Below, piece by piece: positions 54,185 through 64,000 of a stretch of DNA of 64,000 nt. Within the stretch, counting starts at the first letter, position 1; the number at the start of each line of letters is the position of its first letter. The stretch is taken from the NCBI RefSeq assembly GCF_009914755.1, contig NC_060930.1, one strand, 5' to 3'. The stretch comes from the human T2T-CHM13v2.0 reference genome, Homo sapiens. A program made the translations under genes and the position numbers. A model generated the notes under the pieces. That model saw only the letters and a program-made list of their open reading frames with translations. It was not told where the DNA came from and did no database searches.

Positions 54185-54520
54185 TCAGGGTTCTCAACCT
54201 TCACTGCCTTAGATTCACCTGGCAAATATTTAAAAACAACAACAACAACCAGTCAATGCCAGACCCTGACCTCAGAATTTCTAATTCAGTTGGTCCAAGG
54301 TGGAGCCTGGGCATGACTATTTTTAAAGCACCCCCTAGTGCTCTAATACTAAGTGCTTTAGATTCATAATTTCAATTATCCCAATCCTTCCAACAATCTT
54401 AGAAGGTATTCTCATTTTAAAGATAAAGACATGAGGCTTCATGATTAAGTAATATCCCAAGGTCGCATGGCTGGTAAATGAGGAATCAGACTTAACTCAG
54501 AGCCTGAATTCTCAACCCCC
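54185..54520. mobile_element. MER5A-like element (~54185-54350) followed by MIR
   Basis: caggggttctcaacctt..cacctgg..ttctaattcagttggtc..ggagcctgggcat; then cattttaaagataaagacatgaggct. Confidence 0.65.
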
Positions 54521-55804
54521 TGCCACTTAGCACTATTGTATGTACCTCACATGGTCTTTGTGAGGTCTAAGCATTCCAATAAAGTGCTTAATTCAGGACC
54601 TGCAACTTACTGACAAATCAAGGTTGGGTAATGACAAATATCATTATCTCCTATTACCAAAACAGAGAATTCTTCCCAATTTCTCTTCTATCCAATTCCA
54701 TTTCAGGTAAATGTTCACTCTTTTTTGGAACCCCGGCTTTTTTTTACCCTGCAAGCATACATACTTGCCCTCCAAATGCATCATCGTAACAACCTAGGGG
54801 ACGCTTTGCCAGGGTTTGTCATGCCAAGGGAAGAAAGGGAAAGAGAGAGGACAGGAGCTGCAGATACTTGTGGAGAGCGTGGTGATGAAACCTGTCTGGA
54901 ATGATGCCCCAAAGGGCGAGCCACAGCTCATAGCTGTTTGGTACACGGTGTTCAATAAAGACACACTGCATGAGAGTAATTTGCTGAGGAGAGGGTAAGC
55001 AGAGAAAGGGTCTAATGAGGGTGTCAGACATAGACTGGGGAGCAGCTATATCAGATGGGTCACATACTCGTTAGGAACCTCATCCTACTGGTTTCCTGTC
55101 TTCATTGAGATGGACACAGAAGCCAACCCAAGAGGAAAATGTGCACTTGCTGAAGGGCAGTAGGCTCAGTTCCTAGAATGTGGGCTCTGGGGTCAGAGGG
55201 AGGCTCCAGCTGGCCTAGGTACAAGGAGAACTGGGCTAGCACACAAGTGCTGAGTGAGTGGTGTTTCCTCAGAGGGAGAGCCCTGGTCTCTACCACGAAT
55301 CCCCTCACAACTAGGTGTTTGAAATGGTGATTTTTACCCAGCTTACTTAGGTAAACATCTTAAATTTTGTCCCTCCAGTGACTGGATTTGCAAAATAGAG
55401 TGAACAATCACCACCTTAAATTATTAATAGAAATAAATAGGATATAAAATTGTTCAATAAGAGGTGGGAAAAGTTTTGACCAAAAATTCTGCCTTGAAGG
55501 GAATGCTGGCATTTCCTCTCAATTAACAACCATAACTTCTGGTAGGAAGAAATGGAGAAGGAACAAGGAGGCCTACAAGAGGAAGGCAAAGGTCGAGGCA
55601 ATTTGTGGCTAAAAGAGAACAGTCTCTGAGATTCAACCTCTTAGTTCTCAAAGGTTTGCCCATATGCACAAATTACAAGGGTAAGGTGCACATTTACAAA
55701 GCTGCAAGTTTATAGTCACTTCCAAGTGAAGCTTTTTGATCTTCAATTCACTTGAAACTTACCCAACACTCTATGTATGACCTCTTGTATTTGTCTTCTA
55801 CTGT

Positions 55805-56092
55805 TTTTTTTTTTTTTTCCTTTGTGGTGAGGGAGGGAGGACAGGGCCTCACTCTGTCACCCACGCTGCAGTGCAGTGGTACAATCATGGCTCATTGCAG
55901 CCTGGACCTCCTGGGACCAAGCGATCCGTCCTTACACCTCGGCCTCCCATAGCTGGGACTTCTTGTATTTTTGTAGACACCTGGGTTTCGTCATGTTGTC
56001 TAGGCTGGTCTTGAACTCCTGGGCTCAAGGCATCCTCCTGCCTTGGGCTCCCAAAGTGCTGGGATTACAGGTGTGAGCTACTGCACCCGGCC
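55805..56092 (-). mobile_element. AluJ-like element
   Basis: Reverse dimer; TSD ttctact(g/a)ttttt. Confidence 0.88.
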
Positions 56093-57318
56093 TTCTACTA
56101 TTTTTAAACTTGCAATATTTCTTTTTAACATGTTTTATACCCCCAAGTAACATGTCTTATACCCTCAAGTAAGCTCTTTGAGGGAAATGGCTTTATCATG
56201 TGTCTGCCCCCCATTCCTCACTGTGAAGTGAAGCTCACAAGGCTCTGTTAATCCACTGAATCTTTGACTCCTCCACTCTTTTGGAATGCCCCTGGGATAT
56301 GTGTTCTGTAAATGGACACTCAACATGTTTATAGTGAAAATCTAATGGCCGAGAGCCCAGCCACTGTAAACACATTCTTTCTACTTTTGCAGGTCTGCAC
56401 TCTAATGACAAAAGATTGCTTAGATTTAGAGAAGAAAACGCGTGGATTTCTTCTACAGTGTTACAAGTATTTAAAGCCAGCAACGAAAATTCTTGGAATT
56501 TTATGCTGCATCACGATGCGCGGCCCTGGGTGATCTAGCCTTCCAGTTCTTCGTGCAAAGCTGAATACCAGCTTTTAACCACCACCATACCCAACCCGCA
56601 CCCCAAGCACTGGCACTTGAAGCCGAGTTGTGGTCATACATCACCATCCACACTCCCAGGCTGTAAACCCAATGCAAACCTGGGGCTTCTCAGTGGGACA
56701 GGCCTACAAGGAGAGGAGAGGTGCCTCGTGAGGAGGAGCCACCGCAGTAAGCAGTCAGAGCCCCCTTCCCCAGACTCCCCCTTCCAAGGGCAACCCGAAA
56801 TAGCAGAAACGCTTTTATATGTGGGCAGAGCCGCATGCCCACGAGACAGGCACATGTGGACTGCGGGCATTCGGTACAAGGAAGCGAGGACACAGAGTAC
56901 GTAGGGTGCTGAGGGTCCACCTCGCAGCCAAAGTATGTGTGCCAGTGAGTGTGTGCAGCTTGTGAGATCTGCTCTAGAAACCGTGGCCGCGGACTGGCGC
57001 GGCCTCCTGGGCGAAGCACAAACAGGAGGCTTTGTTCCCTGAATGTGAGAATGAGGGAGCCGAGCTGGGCGCAAAGACGGCGGCGTTCCGCGGCGGGAAA
57101 CCGTCGTCTCCGCCGCGGCTCGGGCAGCGCGCGAAACTCTCAATCAGGTTCCCCGGCCCGGGCCGCCGGCTATGCCAGCGGCGCGCAGTGGGGACAGCCT
57201 AGCTGTCTCGCGAGCAGCGCCCGGAGAGGCCGCGCCGCGGGCCCCGCCGCGTCCCTCCGCCAGCGCGGGCGGCCCCACGCGCCCGCCACTCGGCAGCGCA
57301 GCCAGCGCCACATTCCAT

Positions 57319-57424
57319 TTAAAAATAACACCCACGTGCGCTGGTAAACAAGCGCGCGCGGCTACCAGGGCCGCGCGCCCCGGCCCAGTGTGTGTGGCGC
57401 GCGCCCGCCCTCCTCCCGCACGTG
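57319..57424. promoter_or_regulatory. Motif cluster: MEF2-like TTAAAAATAA, E-box CACGTG x2, FOXO element GTAAACAA
   Basis: 57319-57328 fits YTAW4TAR; CACGTG at 57333-57338 and 57419-57424; GTAAACAA at 57344-57351. Confidence 0.55.
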
Positions 57425-59164
57425 TCGGCCGGCGCCATTCAGTCCCCGCCCCCTCGGCGGGTCGCGCCCCGCCCCCGAGCCCCCAGCCCCGCCGCTCCGG
57501 GCCCTAGCGCCCCCTACCCCGCCAGGCGCGCCCAGTCGAGTGCGCTGCAACTTTCCTCCCCCGACGCCTCCTCTTCGCTGGCAGACCCACCGCCCCAAGT
57601 CGGCTGCCTTCCTCCCGTCCGCTGTCCTCTCGCGTCCCCCCTTGAACCCTCCCACCGCCAGCGCGCGAAGGATTGGTTTCTAGTGCGCCCTCTCCCTTTT
57701 TCCCTCTCCTCTCTCTCCTTCCTTAGAATTTTACTCGATTGTTTATTATTTGCTGGGGGGCGGGGGCGGGGGGGCGGAGAGGGGCGTCTGGGGCCTGGAG
57801 ACTGGTGGCCGCGGCCAGTCAGCGCGCGGCGTGCCTTGACGAGTAAGCGGCGCAGCGAATGGCGACGCGGCGGAGAGCTCCGGGGTCACGCGCGTGTGGA
57901 TACGATGACATCATCTGTTTGTACGCGTCGAACTAGCTTGGTGCAGGGGCGGGGCCGCGCGTCACTTGAGTGACGGGCGCTGCGCAAAGCCCGGAGCCCG
58001 GAGGCGGCTGGGCGGGCTGGCTCTTGCGTACGCTGGGCTGGACCTTTTTGTGTATGGGGTCGTTGAGGAGCCCGCTTCTACACTCTGAGCTATCTCCGGT
58101 GACTTACAAGGATTTTTTAAAAAATATATTTATGAACTAGTGTGTAGACTTTTGGTGTGCATGTCGCGTGTGGTGCATTCGTAGAGTACAAATAAACGAT
58201 TTGGGGCACGGATCGTAGAATAAGGACTTGTGCAGATGTTTTTCGTTTAACCTAAAGGATACGTCTTTTTTTAAAAGTCAAAAATGCCCACGTAGCGGTT
58301 TTGTCGTCATTTACAAATTAGATTAAAATTATTTCCCCTTCTCAGTTGTTCGGAATCTGCTCTTGAATGTAGGACGGGGGTAAATTTGCATTTCTTCCGG
58401 AGTTAGTTACACCTCTCCCCCGTTTGCCATGAAACCCATGAAAAGTGAAACACGACTGTGGTCCACCGTCCGAGGTGAGAGACTCAGTGCAAACCTTTTG
58501 GTGCCTGATCGAATCTGTGAGCATCAGCTTATCGAAGTTGTGCAGGCACCAACATCTTCGCCGTTCAGTATTTCCACACCGCGATAACCCTGCCCATCTT
58601 GCGGCCAGCATCTTATCTCGGGTGTTACCTGGTGTCGCGTTCTAACAGGGAACCGGACACCGGGGCTGGCCCAGAGCCCGGCGGGCGGACGCGCAGGCCA
58701 GGGACCCCCTGGTACCAGGCGCCCTGCCCGGAGTCAGGGAGGCCACGCCGCTGCGCTCCTTGGAGCGTCGGGGGCTGTGCGCTCCTGCCGCTCCCCCTTC
58801 TCCCTCCTCTCCCCACTTCTTCCTCCTCTCCTCCCTTCTCCCCCCTTCTCCCTCCTCTCCCGGGCCAGCGCCGCGCTTTGTTGTCGTTGAGACTCTCGGG
58901 AGGGAGGAGGAGCCCAGCGGGGACAGCAGCGGGAGCCCGCCGAGTCCCGGCCCACGGCGCGCGCCCGGACACCCACGCCCGCAGCCCCGCGGAGCCGGGC
59001 CGCGCAGGCGCGCGCGAGCTCACACACGCGCACTCACACACGCACGCCCGCCGCGCGCCCGGCCCGCCGCCCAGCCCTCCCCCTGGGCGGGGACCCGCCC
59101 GCCGTCAGCCTAGGTTGAGGCGCCCTGCGTGTGTCTATAACTTTGTGCTGCTGCCGCGGCCGCC

Positions 59165-59357
59165 CTGCTCGTGGAAGGGAGGAGGAGGAATGTGGAAGGT
59201 GGCGGCGCGCGAGCTGACAGGCGGTTCCTCGGGCGGGCTGCGGCGACGGCCCGAGCGCTTCTCCTTCGCCGAGGTTGCGCGCCCCCTCCTCGCCGTGCCC
59301 CGGGCCCGCGCGGGATCGTGCGTCGTCCCGCCGCGTCCCTGAAGGGAAGGAAGCGAG
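59165..59357 (+). other. FOXO3: Probable FOXO3 upstream non-coding first exon (start approximate)
   Basis: TATA-like TATAA at 59136-59140, donor GAG|gtaggc after 59357, and a matching acceptor ccttctctcttctttggtgcttccccag| before 60428. Confidence 0.7.
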
Positions 59358-60427
59358 GTAGGCGCCGGAGCCGTGCAGCGGGCGGCCGCCTTCCCGGTGA
59401 CTCCGGATCTGCTTCCGAGCTGGGCCGGGCGCTTCCCTTTCCCCTCCCTGAGCCGCGGTGTGCGCGCCCCCCTTCTCGCCCGCTAGTGTTTTTAAAGGAC
59501 TCGGGAAGGGGGAAACTGTCAAGATGGCAGCAGCGGGAGCAAGGAGGTGATGAACGTGCTGGTCCGGGTTTTCTAGCAGCCCGGGAGACTTGGCGCTTCC
59601 CGACCTGTTGGAAGATTTATGTTCCGACTCGCTCCCTCCCCCGGATCCCGACTGGGAAGGGGGCGGAGGGGACGACGTCCGCGAGAATGCAAACCACACA
59701 AAACCCCGAAGTGGCCGTCCCCGCCGGGCTCGAACCTCTGCGAACACCCGCTGGGCTGCTGCTCCCCCTTCTTTCTGTCTTTCCTTTATTTTTTGGAAGT
59801 GACAAGGGCCCATCTGCGCCCAGACCCCCGTTCGCCCTCTGGCCCGCGGGCGAAGAGGGGAGAGGGAGCTGCCCGCGCAGTCCCCGGGCTCGGGCCATTC
59901 GACCGGGTGGGGGGTGACGGGGGGTCGCGGAGGCGGCCAGGCTAGGAAAGGGGAGAAGAGCCGAAGACAGCACAGACTTGAGCGGCGGCGCCGCGGGAGG
60001 CACTAGAGCGGGCCCGAGCGAAACATAAACAAACGCACGCACACCCGAGCTCGGGCTCTGACCGCGGCTCGGCTGCGCCAGCTCCGGCCGCTGCCCGCTT
60101 TAAAGGCGCGGCCGCCCCTCCCCCGGGCGCCCCTCCCCCTTCTCCCCGCCCCGCCGCCTAGCCCGGGAGGGACCTGCGGCTGGGCGGCGGGGGGAGGGGG
60201 CTGCCCCGCGCGAGGCCGTCGATTCGCTCGCGGCTCCATCGCGGCCTGGCCGGGGGGCGGTGTCTGCTGCGCCAGGTTCGCTGGCCGCACGTCTTCAGGT
60301 CCTCCTGTTCCTGGGAGGCGGGCGCGGCAGGACTGGGAGGTGGCGGCAGCGGGCGAGGACTCGCCGAGGACGGGGCTCCGGCCCGGGATAACCAACTCTC
60401 CTTCTCTCTTCTTTGGTGCTTCCCCAG

Positions 60428-60550
60428 GCGGCGGCGGCGGCGCCCGGGAGCCGGAGCCTTCGCGGCGTCCACGTCCCTCCCCCGCTGCACCCCGCCCCGG
60501 CGCGAGAGGAGAGCGCGAGAGCCCCAGCCGCGGGCGGGCGGGCGGCGAAG
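60428..60550 (+). other. FOXO3: FOXO3 5'UTR portion of the first coding exon, downstream of the splice acceptor
   Basis: Long pyrimidine tract plus CAG at 60425-60427 embedded in GC-rich DNA. No ATG before 60551. Confidence 0.75.
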
Positions 60551-61171
60551 ATGGCAGAGGCACCGGCTTCCCCGGCCCCGCTCTCTCCGCTCGAAGTGGA
60601 GCTGGACCCGGAGTTCGAGCCCCAGAGCCGTCCGCGATCCTGTACGTGGCCCCTGCAAAGGCCGGAGCTCCAAGCGAGCCCTGCCAAGCCCTCGGGGGAG
60701 ACGGCCGCTGACTCCATGATCCCCGAGGAGGAGGACGATGAAGACGACGAGGACGGCGGGGGACGGGCCGGCTCGGCCATGGCGATCGGCGGCGGCGGCG
60801 GGAGCGGCACGCTGGGCTCCGGGCTGCTCCTTGAGGACTCGGCCCGGGTGCTGGCACCCGGAGGGCAAGACCCCGGGTCTGGGCCAGCCACCGCGGCGGG
60901 CGGGCTGAGCGGGGGTACACAGGCGCTGCTGCAGCCTCAGCAACCGCTGCCACCGCCGCAGCCGGGGGCGGCTGGGGGCTCCGGGCAGCCGAGGAAATGT
61001 TCGTCGCGGCGGAACGCCTGGGGAAACCTGTCCTACGCGGACCTGATCACCCGCGCCATCGAGAGCTCCCCGGACAAACGGCTCACTCTGTCCCAGATCT
61101 ACGAGTGGATGGTGCGTTGCGTGCCCTACTTCAAGGATAAGGGCGACAGCAACAGCTCTGCCGGCTGGAAG
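60551..61171 (+). CDS. FOXO3: Forkhead box O3, first coding exon (aa 1-207)
   Basis: Strong Kozak (AAGATGG). Translates [34 protein letters not shown] (AKT site T32), an acidic [10 protein letters not shown] run, and the forkhead N-half [36 protein letters not shown]...SSAGWK. Ends at AAG|gtgcgt donor; 621 nt. Confidence 0.98.
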
Positions 61172-64000
61172 GTGCGTACCCACCCCGGGCTGGCAGCAGG
61201 ACCCGCCGGGCCTCCTGCGCAGCGCGAGACGCGTCTCGGATTCGTCGGAGTGCGCTTGCGGGCTCCAGGGCAAGGGGTTGGCAGGGGGAGCCTCCGCTGC
61301 GAGGCTTTGGGGGTTATCTTTGATCCCCGGAGTCGGGGCACCTGGGGACGGTCTCGGAGGGGTGAATGAGGCTCCCCAGAAGCTTGGGGCATGGCCAGGT
61401 GAGGAGAGGGGGCAGGGGACGCCGGCGAGGGAAGGGCGAACGGACAGGAGTACATTTGCTGGATTCTCCGGACAGCACCGAGGAGGTAGGTCCGCAGCCA
61501 ACTTTGGAGTAGAGTTTACCGTAGTGGGGGTCTGGTGCGGGCGCTGTGGCTGGAGTGAGAGGTGTGGGGGTGTTTGGGACGCAGTGTCTGGAGGAGGGGT
61601 TGGATGTGTGGTTTCCAGTCTGTCGCAGGAGCATGTTGCGTCGTCACTAGCTGAATGAGAACCTTCGGGTCCAAGTTTCAGCTTGTGGGTGTTAACACCT
61701 ACAGGCACATCGATCCGATTAGAAAAAGCAGTGGTTGCAAACCTTTTCCTGGACGGCTTCCTTTCCTTGCCTATATTGATACCTTTTCTTCTCGGAGATG
61801 TCGCTCCAGTAAACCTGCTTCTGACTAGCTGCTTCTGAAATGTTCTGGGGCCTCGAACCGGCCGGTCTGGCCACCTCAATCCAGACTGGCTGCACCCGCT
61901 GCTCCCGCCGAGGCCTGGATTCAGGCACTGTTTGAGGGAAGGGCTCTGGTGTGGGGGACGCGGGGCCTGCGCTTCATTCACTCTGGCGTTTGGGAGGAGG
62001 TTTGGGGGCTGGGCCGGGCCGTAATGGCTTCTACCTGTAAATGAACCCGAAGAGAGACTCTCTACCGTTCCTTATCATCCTCTTGGGGCACGGGACACGT
62101 GGTAGGGAGAGAGGTGTGGAAAGGCCTATGATGTAATGACTTCCTGCAGTTGGGTATCCAAAGAGATTAACTCCTCTGCCCCTGCTGGGCTGCTGATATC
62201 CAGCTGCTTTCCTCTTCCTAGGCACCTCCCTGGCCCCTTCCCCCAAGACAGTGTGTGTCAGTACCAGGCCAAAGAGTCCTGTGCGATTGGAGATATACAT
62301 CTCTTATCAGCTGCCCATATTTGCAATTTAGCTTAGATTTTTTTTTGTTTTGTTTTATGTAAAAGAAGTAGTTGCTTCCTCCTTCCCTTTCTTCATTGTC
62401 ATTGGGGAGCCCTCTGTCTTCCTGGGTTTCAGGAGGTATAAAAATAAGAACAGTTTAATCTTAGTGGAGAATTCAATGGAAGCACTGGAGACGAGCCTGT
62501 AGATGAAAAAGTTAAAGAACTTAATGTAGAGAATGTTTTATTTTGCTTCTAGAAAACCCTTGCAAAGTTAAATACGGCTTATATCAGAGAGGCTTTGTAT
62601 TAGATACTTTAAAAGCAAAACACGTGTGCTTTGATATTAATCCACTAATGTGTCTCATTTCTTTTAACAAATGCTTACATTATGAGTCTTATATTTGGTT
62701 TAATTCAATTGCTTTGTAAAAGAATGCCAGGTGTATGATACGAGAGTTCTTTACAGAAAGGATGAAAGTTAGACAATTCCATTTGAAAAGAGCACTAGTG
62801 TGATATGTTTTAAAACTGGGTTTCCAAGTGGATGGGAAGGGTTAATCAGTGTATAGTATCAGGAAGGCGTAAGCGGACAGGATCTGAGAACATGGATTTG
62901 GGGGTTCGAAATGTTTTTCAGATTTCTCTCACTTGAAATTTAGTCTTGCATGTTTGAATTTGGTGAGGAGAATACGTTAGTGAAAAGTTAGTTAACTTTA
63001 AACTTAGTTAAAACGTTAACGTAGGAAGGCGTTTTCACCTTTCCTGTGATTTTTAAGGTTACAAAAATAATTTAATTTCACAAATATTTCTTGTTATTTT
63101 GTTTATAGTTAAATATAATAAGTTTAATGAACTTTATTTTTGGGGGGAAGATTTACATGAGATAATGGTATTACCAAAAGTAGCCGCGAATTGAGATTGG
63201 GCTAGATACATTTTCATATAGTTTGTAGGACTTGCAATACAGATTTTGGGACTAGTCATAAACTTTATGGTTTTATGTCATCGTTTTTTTGTCTTATGGT
63301 TTTTTTTTTTTACCCTTCTCTGCTATCTCATTTCTCTTCAACTAAAATCTTAGAAAATACTGTAAATTGAAATTCTCAAGGCTTAATATGCTTAATACAG
63401 GGCACACATTTTATGATTCTTTTACCTTAAAATTTTTTACCAATTCCATTTCTGAGTGTCACATGACAACTAATCCTTGACGACTAAAGGGATATAATTT
63501 TGTTAGAGTTTTTATAAGATGATCTTCATCAAAAGATGCAGCCATGCAGGAACTTTCAAATCTTTGATGATGGAGAAGGCCCTTTGAAACTGGAGCTGGT
63601 TTTATATTTTGATTATGACTAATAGGCAACCTTTTTTTGTGTGTGCTTGTGGTTTAGTGGAAGAAGAGGGAAAAGGGAGAGATCAGGAGCTAATTGTGAC
63701 CCATTTCCAAGTGTCCAAGTTTAGGAGTTGATTCTTGTCATGATTAGTCATTTTGGAAGCATGCATGTGCATTTAAACCACACTACTTTCATTCTGAGTA
63801 ATGTAAGAGGATTTTTAACTTCCAAAAATGTCTAGAATTCAGGTTAACGTCTCCTAGTCATGTGTGCATAAAGGGCACGGTATGCAGGGCCTTACTTCTT
63901 TTCAGGCTATTTGGGCCATTGCATTATGAGACCTTGTAACCAAAATTATCACCCTAACATCATAAAATGAAAGAATTAGAAAAGAGGACTTAGAGATCAG

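Larger units (their letters stand above)
56980..61520. promoter_or_regulatory. FOXO3: Large CpG island / FOXO3 promoter region (two lobes, ~57.0-58.1 kb and ~58.5-61.5 kb)
   Basis: Very high GC and CpG density, many GC boxes, NRF1-like GCGCAGGCGC at 59002-59011, no recognisable repeats. Confidence 0.92.

Noticed and set aside
56617-60953. Many overlapping Pro/Arg/Gly/Ala-rich ORFs on both strands
   Set aside because: Expected from stop-codon scarcity in a CpG island; no recognisable domains. Only the AUG uORF at 59190 was kept.
60551-61171. FOXO3 processed pseudogene (FOXO3B-like)
   Set aside because: The intron interrupts the forkhead domain at the canonical GWK|N position, and the promoter island and AFG1L neighbour are present.
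60413-61369. 318-aa ORF as the FOXO3 product, or a CUG-initiated N-terminal extension
   Set aside because: It starts at a non-AUG codon inside the acceptor tract and reads through the donor at 61171. The upstream in-frame CTG has weak context.

Overview
Mammalian (human-like, primate Alu/L1PA) genomic DNA. I recognise it as the AFG1L (LACE1) to FOXO3 interval from the translated exons. The + strand carries the last three coding exons of AFG1L (9564-9704, 19049-19162, 21649-21777). About 35 kb of repeat-rich intergenic DNA follows, then a large CpG island holding the FOXO3 promoter, a probable non-coding first exon (~59165-59357) and the first coding exon (ATG 60551 to donor 61171). Most other sequence is transposon-derived: a complete Tigger1, a near-full-length sense L1PA with an ORF1 deletion, about 25 Alus, and MER/MIR/L2/MLT relics. 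The most unusual structure is in the AFG1L intron before the 9564 exon. It is a ~317-bp, ~96%-identical inverted repeat of sequence I cannot assign to a transposon (6889-7205 / 9103-9420). Its outer 118 bp are identical, a small hairpin abuts one end, and a similarly diverged 164-bp tandem duplication lies ~0.8 kb upstream. Nearly all ORF-track entries are repeat- or GC-derived artefacts. Repeat subfamily calls and old-repeat boundaries are by eye and approximate.
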